Shown in pieces: positions 1-14,028 of a stretch of 64,000 nucleotides of DNA. Each line of letters starts with the position of its first letter. Positions within the stretch are counted from its first letter, which is position 1. The position numbers were made by a program, and so were the translations under genes. The DNA lies in the NCBI GenBank assembly GCA_951406725.2, contig OX597827.1, forward strand, positions 20,770,001 through 20,834,000. The letters are read 5' to 3'. Source of the DNA: Octopus vulgaris. Taxonomy: Eukaryota. The notes under the pieces are model-generated. The model saw only the letters and a list, made by a program, of their open reading frames with translations. It did no database searches and was not told where the DNA came from.

Positions 1-789
1 TGTATTATGTTTTGAACCATTTGTATTCAAAGGCCACCAGCAGCACCACCGCCACCCAGAGACATGCTTCATGATTCCAACTTCCAACTAAATGGTCGAT
101 AATTTGGTTTTTTCTTTTTTGGTCAAATTTAATTGGATCCAGTGAAAAAGAACAAAAAAAAAAACTTATGCCCCACTCAGCTGTTTTCATTGCCCCCCGC
201 CCCCCACCTCTCTCTTTGCTGCTCCCTTGGGTGATGAACCAGTCATGCACTGTTGGTGCTGTGCAACGAAGCATGCAGAGATAATGACAAGAGGAAGGAC
301 TGTGTCTGCAAATTGTTGAGGAGGAATAGAATTGCAGTAGTGATGATGATGATGATGATGGTGGTGATGATGATAGTGGTGTGGTGGCTTTTTCTCTTTT
401 ATTGGCTGCAGCAGAGTTGTGTGACGGAGTGAGGTTAACAGTAGCAGTAAGTGACAGAGAAGCAGAAGTAATCATTTATTGAGTGAAGTCCAATGATCAG
501 GTTTCAATTTCCAGCTGTAACTGTTAGCAAATCTCTCATGTAACCTTTAAGTAAAGCATGAAGTTTACACATTCTCATTTCCTTTGCTTATAAAAACTCT
601 GCGGCATTGTCCTGACAGTTATAGTTTTGGTTGTAGTATGGGTTGGTAGTAAATGCAGTGGTGATGGTCACATGGCATGTTTGGTACTGTTGTTATTTAA
701 GTGGAATCTAGGGTCGGCTGGTTTCTATCCTGTTTCCTTCTGATTCTTAGACCAATCTGAAAATAAGTACTTGTGTTGGAATTTTTATG

Positions 790-921
790 TTGCTTACCAA
801 CCACACGGCTCCGGGTTCAGTCCCACTGTGTGGCACCTTGGGAAAGTGTCTTCTACTATAGCCTCGGGCCAACCAAAGCCTTGTGAGTGGATTTGGTAGA
901 CGGAAACTGAAAGAAGCCTTT

Positions 922-990
<69 letters not shown>

Positions 991-1203
991 TTGTGTGTCT
1001 GTGTTTGTCCCCCCAACATCGCTTGACAACCGATGCTGGTGTGTTTACGTCCCCGTTACTTAGCGCTTTGGCAAAAGAGACCGATAGAATAAGTACTAGG
1101 CTTACAAAGAATAAGTCCTGGGGTCGATTTGCTTGACTAAAAGGCGGTGCTCCAGCATGGCCACAGTCAAATGACTGAAACAAGTAAAAGAGTAAAGAGT
1201 AAG
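790..1203 (+). mobile_element. tRNA-derived SINE, family A (5'-clipped), with internal (TA)n(TG)n
   Basis: Box B-like GGTTCAGTCCC, then GGCACCTTGGGAAAGTGTCTT (CORE-like), an internal microsatellite and a 3' AAATGACTGAAACAAGTAAAAGAG tail. Near-identical to the copies at 30760 and 47109. Confidence 0.85.
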
Positions 1204-1727
1204 GAATCACCATTATTAATGTCTGATATAATCAGTCAAGCGTCCTCCTCATCTGGGTCATCAGGGTCACATCTCCACAATTGTTTTCTAAAGCCTTCTT
1301 CAGGGATTACAATTATCGAACACAGATATATTTGGACCAATGCCCTTCATCTTGGTTGTTATTGTCACAATTTCTGAACCATCTTCAGATTCCTGACATA
1401 TTCAATAATGTTTCTGCAACTTCCAACCAAACCTTTTATTAAATCCATGGGAACAGATTATTTTCACCCGATTTTCCATCCTAGGGATATATTCTCCTCT
1501 TAGTTATTCTAAAACTAACACAAGAATATTCCTGGTATGAACAATGGGTACAATTTATTGCAAGGGATTTAATAAAATAAAAATTTGAAATTCCAGGAAT
1601 GTTACCATATCCAAGAGGCACCTGAAGAAGTGTGTGTGTGTGTGGGGGGGAGAATAGCTGAAATGGTGGGACTATTACAACAACCTAGATGATGGCACCA
1701 GTCTTATTATATCAGTATTGAATAATC

Positions 1728-1935
1728 CTTTCTTATTTTGGCACAAGACCAGCATTTTGGGGATGGGGCAAAGTCAATTACATTGACCTTAGTGACTGAC
1801 TGGTATTTTATTGACCCCGAAAGAATGAAAGGTCAAGTTAAACCTTAGCAGAATTTGAACTCAGAGTGTAAAGACAAGGGAAATACCGTGAAGCATTCTG
1901 TCCAGTATGTGAATGGTTTTACTTGCTTCTTGCCT
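1728..1935 (-). mobile_element. SINE family B, variant tail, diverged
   Basis: Reverse complement matches the GAGTTCAAATTC..CTTTCAT.CTTTCGGGGTC core seen at 43957 and 53270. Confidence 0.7.
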
Positions 1936-2848
1936 TTAATTCCAGTGTCTAATAATGAAAAAAGATACATAGGTGTGTGCTAGGTCACAACCTGCATATG
2001 TTATATGAGAGTCAGTGGAGTGTGACAGTGATGTGAAGTGTGCGCGTGTGTCTGTGTGTCCCCTTACAAAATGTCATTATTATTCAGCCAGAGTTGTTTC
2101 TTCCAAGAGATGATGACAATGTTGTTTCAAATGAACAGGAATTGTTTGGGAGTTTAATTCTAGACACGCTTTGGGATTCTGTGGTAGGGGAGGAGGAAAA
2201 ACGAGAGGGACGTAAGCAGAGGTGGGGTAGTTGCCATTTAATGATATTGAGAATATAATGATGACTCACCACCACCACCACCACAACCACAGCCATCATT
2301 ATTATTATCTTTATTCTATTTCATGAATGAGGTAATTAGACAATGAGAAATAGATAGATGCCAGTCGAGATGGGTGTCTACGCTAGGACAAAGGGGAAGC
2401 ATAAGAGAAGGTTAATAACAGGCAGCCATAACCTGATTCACTGAGCATTACTACTGTCCCACCCACATTCGAACTGTCCCACCCAGCTATCCTACCCTAT
2501 TCTCCATAAACACAATTGTTATACAATAACACTACACAGACTGCAGAATCATCACCACCATCACCACAACAACAACCACCAGTACCACCTCAATGCCATC
2601 AGAACATCGACCTGAACACACCACTTATCACATTCAAAGAACCCACCCTTCTGAAACAGCCACCCTCACCCAACACTGAACCTTATACTTTACCCCTGCC
2701 CTCCCCCCTGCAATATCTGCCCCTCCACCCAATAATCATCCTCTACTGCCTCCCCCACTGCACTGTTAACAGTTAGTTCCTTGCTAATAGATCTCTTCCT
2801 TACACTACCACAAACCAATATAAACAGCCCCCATACTGGAGCAATGAA

Positions 2849-3060
2849 GGAGGAGCCCGCTGACGGTTGCTTGACTTGCTAGAAATAGCATCCAAATTTC
2901 CCACAAATCACACATATTCTTGTCTTAAAAAGAAGAGCTTATCAGATAATGTAAAGTTGCTATAACTGGAAAAGAAATAAAAACAGTTGGTCATGGCTGG
3001 GATGTCTTTGATCATGAGGGTGTCTCATTTAGGGATGACCATGGGTTAAACAACAATAAT
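2849..3060 (+). repeat. Old interspersed repeat family D (SINE-like, (AAC)n tail)
   Basis: TGCTAGAAATAGCA.CCAAAT...GGTCATGGCTGG.ATG.CTTTGATCAT...TAAACAACAA. Related copies at about 3830-4020, 26935-27090, 27155-27330, 39100-39360, 49265-49420, 49540-49710 and, on the minus strand, 46545-46690. Confidence 0.65.
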
Positions 3061-3084
3061 AATAAATCTTTATACTTCTACATT

Positions 3085-3615
3085 ACAATACACACACATA
3101 CACAAACATACTTACACACACACACACACACACATGCACATACTCACACACACTCACACACACACGTGCGCGCACACACATGCACATACTCACACACACA
3201 CACACACGTGTGCGCGCACACACACACACACACGTGCGCGCACACACACACGTGCGCGCACACACACACACATACATGCACAAACACACACACTCAAACA
3301 CACACATGCACGTACAAGCACACACACTCACACACACATATGCACACACAACTCCCAGATGATTTCAGCAACATTAAATCATTCCTCCAAAACCCCACCC
3401 CTACCCAAATACCCTCATCAACACAATTTCCCAGCCTCCTCCAAGCATCATTCTTGCACATACACACATACAAAACCATATACACACTTATAAACAAACA
3501 CTCATACACACAAACACGCAAGCTCAGCCACACACACACACTTATACGCATGCTTAGCTATATACACAACATATACATACACACACAGAAACACATTATA
3601 TGCACACACACACAT
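3085..3615. repeat. Compound (CA)n microsatellite with CGCG interruptions
   Basis: Read directly from the sequence. It explains the HT/CV-rich ORFs. Confidence 0.95.
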
Positions 3616-4462
3616 CTTTCGCACCCCAACAACTTCAATAAAAACAAACTCCCCATCAAAGCCATTAGTTTGCTGATGTCTCTATCTCCTCCTCCTCCTC
3701 CTCCTCCTCCACCGCCCCCACCACCAGCACCACCATCATTGGTGCTGTCATCACCATCATCATTACCAACAACATAACCACAAACAACCAATGCCCTCAT
3801 CTCACAAATAGGAGAAACTCAATATGGGCCTTCACCTGCTAGAAATAGCACCCAAATCTTCTTTAAACTAAACCTCCCCATCTCTTGTAAAAGGAACAAC
3901 ATGCTGTTGAATCATGCCATCACAGATGTTGTATCTGAATAAAAGCGGTGGTGGTCACAGTTGGGTCGCCTTTGCCCAAAGACTGGTTTGATCAGGGTTG
4001 TTTTAAAGATGAAGCAACAAGAAACAGCTTCATTAACAAAAACAAGGTTTTCATGTGAAATAATTGGTGATGGGGGTGTTAATGCAGTGACAAGATTGCT
4101 AATTAATGGCAGAGGTTGTGATAGTGGTTGGTAGGGGAGGGTGGTGGTGGTGGTGGCGCTCCAGCTTGGTCCTGGGCAGACATGATCAAAAGCATTCCAG
4201 CCAGGCTCAACCTGTTTGTTTTTCTCTCCTCCTATATACATACCATCGATCATAGACAGACGGGAAGATGCTAAGGTTGTCCAATGCTACTTAAGTTCAT
4301 TTTGCAATAAAGTCTTTCAGTTTCAATCCCACAGCACAACACCTTGTGCAAGTATCTTCTTCCATTGCCTTCTATAGACTAATTCCTCATTAGCGAAATT
4401 TAGTCACTGTTCGAGAGTTACATGGATGTGTGTGTGTATTTGTATATATATGTGTGTGTGTG

Positions 4463-5003
4463 TGAGGTCTGATGAAAAGGTGCCAAGACTGTTGCCCATA
4501 GTAACAAAGCTAAAGCATGTAGAGTGAAGCTGCTTGGCACAGATTGACCTTGAACTCTGTCACACATGCAGTGCTTGGAAGGAAGGTGTGTAGAGTGTGG
4601 TTGTCTCAAAAAGAAGATCAGGTCTCAGCTGCGCAGGGTCTCCATGATTGTGTCAAGGAAGACGAAAACTTTTTGAAAATGGTCATAGCATGTGACAAAT
4701 CAGGGGTCTATGGCTATGACCCTGAAATCAAGGGCCTGAAAGGAATCCCATACGGAAGAAACAGCATTTCAAGATGTTGTGGAAATCCATGAGAATGCAT
4801 TGAAGCAGCTGCTTGCTAGCTGCAAAAAGGATTCCCAGGAATGCTTCCATCAATGGAAATGGTTGAGACTGGATAAAGTGTGTGGCTTGAGAAGGGCGGG
4901 AGCAGGGGGGGGGTGTCTACTTCAAAGGAGACGAAATGCCAAACTGATGGGTTGTAGTTTTCTTTCTATTGCACCAGTCCTGATACTCTTTGAGCAGACC
5001 TTG
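4463..5003 (+). mobile_element. Internally deleted, decayed mariner transposon
   Basis: Imperfect TIRs GAGGTCTGATGAAAAGGTGCCAAGACTG / CAGTCCTGATACTCTTTGAGCAGACCTTG+TA. The ORF fragment QKEDQV..EDENFLKMVIACDKSGVYGYDPEIK resembles mariner FL..IITGDETWVY.YDPE.K. Confidence 0.8.
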
Positions 5004-5089
5004 TATGCATGCATTATGAAATGTAATTATGTATGTAGACTACACACACACACACACATGCACACACATTATATATAGACATATAAAAG

Positions 5090-5240
5090 CTTCTTTCAGT
5101 TTCCACCCACCAAATCCACTCACAAGGTTTCGGTCAGTCTGGGGCTATAGTAGAAGGCACTTGTCCAAGGTGCTGTGGAATGGAACTGAACCCGAAACCA
5201 CGAGGCTGCAAAGTGAGGTTCTTAACCACATAGCCCCATG
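5090..5240 (-). mobile_element. SINE family A head fragment
   Basis: Reverse complement of the tRNA head and CORE-like region up to GAAACTGAAAGAAGC. Confidence 0.75.
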
Positions 5241-6420
5241 CCTGTTGAAATTTTCCACAGAAATTTTACAAAATTTCTCCCGTTGGTTTCAGTAAATTCC
5301 TTTGTTTGGTAAATCATGCCAGAGTTTCAGTTGAGGGAGGAAATTGATTCCATTGTTACTATTTTGGTATTTATGACAGTTTTTGTAATCATGGCCATCA
5401 AGGTTTGTTATTGTTTATCTTGGTATGTGGGAAAATGTTCAACACCTTCATAGATTTATTTTCATGAAATATATTCATTATAAATAAGTGACCAGCAAGT
5501 CGGTCAAATTTCTAACAGTTTTTACCTTTCCTCAGTAAAATAGCAAAGTTAAGGCTGATTCCAGGGGAGAAAAGGCAGAACTAGGACCAGATAACTTTGT
5601 TTTTGGCATCACCTTTCAGAGGAAATGAGTGGTATTGAGAGGAAGAAACCATGACTGATAGGTTATTCTCAGATCAGGTACACGAGGAAAGTGGTGGCAT
5701 AAAGCCAGACAATGGATTAAGTAGCCCACCCCAACCAATTTATGTTGCTAAAACACAGGAGAAACACACTGAATATCACAGTTCATATAGCTTTCTATTT
5801 AAAAACATCAATAAATTTTATTTCACGATTGATGAAATATTTCTCATTATGAATAATGAAAAAAAAAAAAAATGTAAACATTTGGTGATTAATACATGAC
5901 TGACCATAATAAATAAAACTTAAAACCTTTATTACTTTCAGTTCAATATCACTTTGATTCTGTTCATAGATCTTCAGCTCTATTGTTTTTTTTTTTGTGG
6001 TGGTGGTCGTGGTTGGTGATCTTCATTCAACTCTATTGGGTTTTTTTGTTTATTAGGATTGTGTCCTTTACAAACTTTGCCAAAATTTCAACAGTAAACT
6101 CATTCTGAGAATGATGCCATTTAATGTGCTAAATCTAAACCATGTAATATACATTCCTCTCTCACCAATCCTCCTCCCAAACATGATGAATAGGGCAACT
6201 AAGCTCCTTAATAGGGTCCATCGAACAAACAAACTGTTATGTCTTTGGGGGTTTGAATATCTCATCGTCAATAATGTTATGATGATGTTAGGATGTGCAC
6301 AAGGGTATAGGAATGGGGTCACTCAAATAAACATTCAGATAGGGTTAACTAGAATAACCTTTTGCAGAATTATTATGCTCACACAGAATGTGCTCTGCAC
6401 TGCACCAGACATAGATACGA

Positions 6421-6540
6421 TATTCTTTTCTACTCTAGGCACAAGGTCTGAAATTTTGAGGGAGGGGCCCAGTCGATTAGATTGATGCCAGTACGTAAAC
6501 CGGTACTTAATTTATCAACCCCAAAAAGATGAAAGGAAAC
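6421..6540 (-). mobile_element. SINE family B 3' fragment (variant tail)
   Basis: Matches the reverse complement of 53370-53486. Confidence 0.7.
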
Positions 6541-6586
6541 ATAGGTATGATATTAAACTAACACAATCCAATACAAACAATCAACA

Positions 6587-6770
6587 CTGTCAACTGCTGG
6601 CTGTCAACTGCCCACTGTCAACTGCTGACTGTCAACTGCCCACTGTCAACTGCTGACTGTCAACTGCCCACTGTCAACTGCTGACTGTCAACTGCCCACT
6701 GTCAACTGCTGACTGTCAACTGCCCACTGTCAACTGTCAACTGCCGACTGTCAACTGCCCACTGTCAACT
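6587..6770. repeat. 14 bp minisatellite CTGTCAACTGC(TGA/CCA), about 13 units alternating as a 28 bp dimer
   Basis: Read directly from the sequence. Confidence 0.95.
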
Positions 6771-7566
6771 CGACAGTTCTTTATTTCATTGAAATGCGTC
6801 AGTCCACTTTTAGTCACATGGGGGTGGTCAGGATCCTTCCATAACACAAACACTAAATCCTAAAATACAAAAACTACTTCTCTTTTTCTGATGTGATTTT
6901 GTTTGTTGCATTTTGTTTTCAGCTGCTGTTCATGAAAATTGGAACTGAAGAAAGTTCCAAGACTAGGAAGACATTTTATCCGGTGATCAACTTAAGAGAT
7001 TAATGAAAACAAACAAAGAATCTGTCCTTTGGCCACAACGTCCACCAGGTATAAATCCTAGCCTCCCAACCATAACATAACCCCTTATCATACAACAGAC
7101 AACAGTGAATGGAGAGTAACCTCTTTCATTGTAACATGTAGCCAAGTCTCATGGACTGGATGTGGAACCTGTGATGCTGGGGGATGATAACGATGATCCA
7201 AAGATCTCAATGGAATTTATTAGTCAATAGATGCCCTGTTTTTTTTTTGTTTTTTTTTGAATTTTTTACAAGCTAAGGATCATTTAATTAAAGGAAATTA
7301 ATTTAAACTTAATTCCCCCACTAAGCTAACTGACCGAAATACTCGTTAAGGTTTTGTGTGGGTTGTCTCATTCAGTTTTTTTTTCATAATTATTTTTTTT
7401 TTATCATTTTGTTGGTGGTGAGGGTGGGTGGAGACAGCAGGGAATTTCAAAAGTCGTTCTTGAAGCTAATTCTACATTCCACCCCCCCCCACCACCACCA
7501 TAACTGCAAGGGGGAGGTGGAGGAGGGGGGGCTTTAATTCATTCTGAAATGTTGCTATTGTTGTTG

Positions 7567-7598
<32 letters not shown>

Positions 7599-8181
7599 GG
7601 TGATGTTGGTGTTAATGAAGCTATATTTGTTATTGGAGGGGTGGGGTTAGTATTGGGGAGGGGATTTGTTAAAGTCTCTCATAATGTTTGTATTATTCAC
7701 TTGTTTAGCGATGGAGGGGGGGAGGAGGGGGTGGACTGCAGTTATGTTTGCATTCTGACAAAACTATTTTCACTGTTATTATCATCATCATCATCACCAT
7801 CATAATCTTCATTGTTGTTGCTATTGTTATCGTAGTTGTTGAGGTAATTATAGAGTTCGATAGAGAATATCAATGATGGGCATGGGGGGAGGGCGAGTGC
7901 GGCGGCGGAGGGGGTGAGGAGGAGGGAGAAGTGTGACTTCATGGTAGAAATATGTGAATAGTTCACCACCACCACCACTACCACCAACCACCGCCACCAC
8001 CACCACCACTACCGCCACCATCGTCACTACCGCCACCACCTTCTAACATGTTTTAGTGATTAGGTCAGTATAGTACACTTGTGTGTGTAGATGCTTGTGT
8101 GTCTGTGGTGTGTATATGTTTGTGTGTGCAAGAGTGCATGTGTATGCTTGTGTGGTTGTGTCCATATGTATAGTTTCACAT

Positions 8182-8218
<37 letters not shown>

Positions 8219-8394
8219 CAAATACACACATATATATAACTATAGACTTGCATGCGTGTGTTGCTATATGCTTGTGTGTATGCATATATGCATGTGTGCA
8301 TGCACATGTCTGTGTGTGTGTGTGTGTGTGTGCAAATTTGAGACAAATTTAGAATAATTGTAGAGGTTCGTTTAGCACAGGTAGTGGTTGTGTG

Positions 8395-8426
<32 letters not shown>

Positions 8427-8937
8427 GGTAGTGCTGGTGTTGGTGGTAGCGGTGGTGGTAGTAGTGATGTTCTGTTTGGTTCATTTCTGATTAAATATAT
8501 GCTGAAAAGCATAAAAAGAAGAATTTTAAAGAATTGTTGAAATTGAACCTGTGACATTGCAAAATAATTTTCTTTTTCAGATTTAAAATTTCTTTCTATG
8601 GCATTTGACTGTTTTCTAAGCATATTCCTAAAAAATACACCTATCTTTCAATTAATTTTAAAAACAATTAAAAAGTGAAAAGAATTTAGTAAAAGGATTA
8701 AGTTTTCATTATTATCATCTGATTCTTGGAATATAAAAGGTTTTTCCTCAAATTCTATAAAATAATAACCACAACTTTATTGCATACAATGCTCAGACAG
8801 AAGCTTTTCATTTCAATCAGAACAGTTTATGAAAGTTTTAAAGTGTTTACATTTAACAAAAGCCAAGCTGGAGTACCCTGCTTGTGACCCTTTGTTGTGT
8901 AACATTGTCACTTATATATACAAAAGTCGTTCTTGAA

Positions 8938-9165
8938 GCTGGCGGCACGTAAAAAGCACCAACCGATCGTGGCCGTTTGCCAGCTTCATCTGGCACGTAA
9001 AAAGCACCCACTACACTCAAGGAGTGGTTGGCGTTAGGAAGGGCATCCAGCTGTAGAAACACTGCCAGATCAGACTGGGCCTGGTGCAGCCTTCTGGCTT
9101 CCCAGACCCCAGTTGAACCATCCAACCCATGCTAGCATGGAAAGCGGATGTTAAACGATGATGAT
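8938..9165 (+). mobile_element. RTE LINE 3' UTR/tail fragment
   Basis: GGCACGTAAAAAGCACC units, GTGGTTGGCGTTAGGAAGGGCATCCAGC and CCATGCTAGCATGGAAA..GTTAAACGATGATG. The same tail follows RTE coding sequence at 38165-38401. Confidence 0.85.
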
Positions 9166-10502
9166 ATACACTTTTCTCAGACAATTTAGCAATAGCTGAC
9201 TCCATCCAAAGAGGCTGAACAATGTGGATGAAGTCGTTAGCTCTAACACAAGAGCACTGTCAAACTGATGAGTGTTCTGTTAGTTCAGAGTGATAAGCTT
9301 CTAGATAGATATACACACATATCTGTTTATTCATTTTTAACTGATTTCAATCATTGCATAATGGCCATACTGGGGCATTACCTTCAAGGGTTTCCTTCAT
9401 CATTTATATTGCATCGATACTGTTATTTTATCTGGTACTCTTTCCATGAAGTTCAGTCACAAACTGGGTTATGTATCCCTTAAGAAAACCCTTTAGCAAC
9501 ATGAACACCTCAACACACACACACACACACACACGCTTGGATACCATTTTTGGATTACCTCTGATCACATTGGTACCAGCACCATTCCACGGCACCACTG
9601 AATCATCGCAAGTTTAATCTTTAGGTTCTGAACCAGAGTCCTTGCACTAATAAATCGTTAGTTATCAGAGTGGACTTGAGTTGGTCATCATTTATTTTTG
9701 GCTTCCAACAAATAAGAACGTGCTTTTAAGCAAATGGTTTTTTAAATAGAATTGTTTGACCAAGAGAATGGTAATTTCCAGACTTCAAAACTATGGAAGA
9801 TATCGAATCTGATATTTCATAGATTGCCCCTTAAGTTCTACATCGCACATCTTCTAAGGTTTCTGTTTAAAAGGTCAATTTGGAAGAGCTTCAAGGGGTC
9901 CTTTGTGTGTTTTTATAAGCTCGTATTGGGATCATGCAATTCCTTTGCAAGTTGCTTGTCCAAAATTCCTATACAGTGACGAAGCTGCAGTTCAAAGCTT
10001 ATTGGAAATGTTAACATTTGTTATTTTGGTTTTTCTCTTTTACATTAAGAATAGCTCAGAGGAATTAATCGATATTGATCAAAGAATATCATTCTGTGAA
10101 CAATTTATAAATGTTTTCACGATGCTGTTCAGTTTGTTTCCCCCCCCCACCCCCCACCCCTGCCACCTATCACCCACTCCTGCCCCTAGCCCCATCCCAT
10201 TAGACACTGGTAATTTTGTTCACCATACTAATTGGTCTTGAAACTTAATTGCATTAGTCACAATTCTTTATTACATATTGATACATATGCTGTACCAACA
10301 GGCATAATGTGAATATTATTGAGATATAAACACACATACACACACACACGAGGTTGGCAAGTATGTTTCAATATGATATTCTATAATATCCATTATACCT
10401 GAGCAGGTTCAGTAGCTGCAGAGATACACATTGTAAGTGATATATACATATATATGTGTAAGTTCGTCAACATCAAAAATTCGAATGGTAATTGTAGTTA
10501 AG

Positions 10503-10822
10503 ACACCCGTGCTGGTGACACGTAAAAGCACCGTTCGAGCATGGCAGATACTAGCGTCGCCTGATTGGTGTCCGTGTCGGTGACAGGTAAAAGCACCAAC
10601 CGATCGTGGCCATTTGCCAGCCTGCTCTGGCTCCTGTGCCAGTGGCATGTAAAAAACATCCACTACACTCATGGAGTGGTTGGTGTTAGGAAGGGCATCC
10701 AGCTCTAGAAACACTGCCAAATCAGACTGGAGCCTGGTGCAGCCTCCATGGCTTACCAAACCCCGGTCGAACCGTCCAACTTATGCTAGCATGGAAAACG
10801 GACGTTAAATGATGATGATGAT
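10503..10822 (+). mobile_element. RTE LINE 3' UTR/tail fragment
   Basis: Same tail family, three internal sub-repeats, (GAT)n end. Confidence 0.85.
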
Positions 10823-11150
<328 letters not shown>

Positions 11151-11526
11151 TGTATACCACATACCCCAATACATAAGACATGACCCAATACAAACAAGAC
11201 ACATATTGTACTTCCCTCAACTGGAGACAGGTGGACAGACAAACAGATAAGTAAATACATAAATATACAATATAATTGAAATGGTCCAATACCTCTCATT
11301 TAGATACCAGAATTGAACTGGCTCAGTTACTGATTTATAACAGAGACACACACATACTCATAACTGCACTGGTCTAATATACATCATATAGATACATACA
11401 ACATTCAAAACCAATATGTACCATACAGATACACATTATACCTCACCTGAGACCACTACAATATACTCTTCAGTCTCACCTCTAGTTGCACAATATATAT
11501 ATATATACATATATATATGTGCATAT

Positions 11527-11923
11527 AAGGCGTAGGTAGAAACTCTATAAGATGTACCCAGTGTAAGCTATGGATGCATAAGAGGTGCAGCAACATCAAA
11601 GGAAGGCTAAATGGGAAGATAGTTTTTGTATGTGGCAGATGCTCAAGAGCAATAAATACTGAAAATGTACAGAGAACAACTTCCGCCACATTCCAGGGAG
11701 AAAAACTAGAAGTAATTGATAGCTTCCGTTACCTAGGTGACCAAGTCAGTAGTGGGGCAGGGTGCGCTGAAAGTGTAGCTGCTAGAATAAGAATAGCCTG
11801 GGCAAAGTTCAGAGAGCTCTTACCCCTGCTAGTGACAAAGGGCTTCTCGCTCAGAGTAAAAGGTAGACTGTATGGCGCATGTGTACGAACAGCCATGCTA
11901 CATGGGCTGTGACTGCTGAGGAC
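11527..11923 (+). pseudogene. RTE-clade LINE reverse transcriptase fragment with Cys/His-rich insert
   Basis: ORF 11574-11912 plus upstream codons: CTQCKLWMHKRCS..FVCGRC..LEVIDSFRYLGD..ARIRIAWAKFRELLPLL..VKGRLYGACVRTAMLHG, typical of the RTE RT C-terminal/thumb region. Confidence 0.85.
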
Positions 11924-12292
11924 AAAATCTGCCTCTAAGATGCTGGCGAAGCAGCAGAAATGACTCCACCTGTTAATCACTCAGGACATGATGGCCTGTG
12001 TAAACCATGACCCAGACTTCATGAAGACCACCAACACTGGCGAAGAGACATGGGATTATTGTCTCTGCTCAGTGCGTTAGGTCATCTTGCATGGAAACAA
12101 AAATCTGACATGTGTGCACTACATGTCTTTAATCTCGGCATAATAGCTGGAATCTGATGTGGCCTATTGGTGTAAAATTTTTCACACAAGCACAGGAAGG
12201 GTGGTGTCACCTTCCACTGAAAGGATTTTGCCCATGCACCATTAGTTTTGGCAGGAAAAAAATATAGTCGGATACTTTCTGAACACACCTCG
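11924..12292 (+). mobile_element. Mariner relic (transposase fragment plus one TIR)
   Basis: Translation QQK*LHLLITQDMMACVNHDPDFMKTTNTGEETWDY matches mariner D.DFLK.IITGDETWVY. Terminal GATACTTTCTGAACACACCTCG+TA. Confidence 0.75.
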
Positions 12293-12479
12293 TATATAAA
12301 ATTTCTCTCCTCATGCACTGCACCTGACTCTCTCTCCTCCTCTTCTCCTGTAGCCCAACCCATCCACATGTCCTCTCTCTTACTCTCTCCTATCACCATT
12401 ACTATCGCCACCCCAACTTTCTTTCTGATATCTTAACTTTAATCTGCAAAGAGATGAGAGTAAAGATTTCAAGGCTTGC

Positions 12480-12686
12480 AAGCTGCATGATAACCTCACT
12501 AGTGCTGGTGCCACAAGAAATCACTCAGCACACACTGTAAAGTGGTTGGCATTAGGTAGGGGTATCCAGCAGTTGAAACTATGCTGAAGCTGACATTGGA
12601 GCACAATACAGTCCTAGGACCCATCGGATCCTGTCAAACTGTCCAACCCTTGCCAACGTGAAATATGAACTTTAAATGATGGCGAT
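12480..12686 (+). mobile_element. RTE tail, older subfamily
   Basis: CACTAGTGCTGGTGCC..CTGTAAAGTGGTTGGCATTAGG..GTCCAACCC. Confidence 0.65.
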
Positions 12687-14028
12687 TACACACACACACA
12701 CACACACACTACATGTAGAGAAGTTGAAGCGACTTCATGTTTGCCATTCATTTATTATTTGTTCACCATGAGAGAAAAACTACAAAAAAGTACCAAATAA
12801 TATATCCGAGTATTTTTATGTCCCAAAAAGTACACCCGACTTTCTAAAATCCCTGATAAGGCACCCTGTGTTTCACTTGTCCTGCAGTGGGGACATTCTA
12901 ACGGTGACCAACACTGATTGTTGTCGACATTTCTGTGTTTCCTAACGCTTAACATTTAAAATGCTGATGGTCTAAGTTGGTAAATAAGATGCACGTCTCA
13001 AAAGTATGGAATGGTAAGAAGTACAGAGTTGACAAAATGGTGTAAATGAATTTGCTGTGAAGGAAGAGGAGAAACCTGATGTCTTGGACAGGGACACTTT
13101 GTATTGGGGGCCCCGTGTGGGGGAGAAATAGCTAATACAACGATTCTATGGATGGAGGGCAATGATGGGGAGGTGGGGGATATGTAAGTGATATGTGTTG
13201 GGAGGTGTTGTGTGGGTATGTGTATTCATGGACTATGCACACACATTACAAATACACACAGACACACACACCTGTATTTAAAAGATTAAACAACAAAGAG
13301 AAAGAGTGACAAACAAGCAGAGAGAGAGAGAGGAATCATTCCAGTTTTATTGTTCCTAAGATAGAAACATTACAAAGATAGTCATGCCCTCAACCACCAC
13401 CACCACCACTACCACCACCACCAACACCACTACAACCACCACCACAAACCACCACCACCAACAACACCACTACAACCACACAAACCACCATCACCACCAC
13501 CACCACCACCAAGACCACCACCACAAACCACCACCACCACACCAACCACCATCACCACTACAACCACCACCACTACAACCAACACTATACAATCAAGGGC
13601 TGAACTGAGATTAAACAACAACAACCACCACACAACTACCTGCCTGCACCATCACCACTAACACCAATACTATAAAGCACAGCCGCCACCACCACCACCA
13701 CCACCACCACCACCACCACCACACTGACTCAGATCCTAATTCCACAACTGAAAGACAAATATTTTTATTAAACGTCATTCCGTATTAATGGAATAGTTAA
13801 TGACTGCTTTCAATGTTGCCCAAACTGCATTCGGTGCAAGCAGCCATGTGCAAACATTGCAAACATTGCGAGTGACTCTGTCCTCACTGCACAAGTGACT
13901 GCGTCCATTTACCTCTGCCTCATACCTCTGATGTGTGTGCGTGTGTGTCTGTGGATACATGTATGTGTGTGTACATACACACAGACACACACAGAAAGAA
14001 AGAGTGAGATAGACTGATTTTGTACAAA

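Noticed and set aside
6923-7048. Possible exon (polypyrimidine-CAG acceptor, CAG/GTATAA donor)
   Set aside because: Stops occur in all three frames and there is no partner exon. It could only be UTR or lncRNA, which cannot be supported without RNA data.
7505-7930. G-rich runs as G-quadruplex or promoter
   Set aside because: Low-complexity G/GGT runs are common throughout the window, with no CpG island or downstream exon support.
9264-9300. Isolated CTGATGA/CTGAAGA matches (also 23134, 27398, 56345)
   Set aside because: No in-register stems with GAAA and UH; expected by chance.
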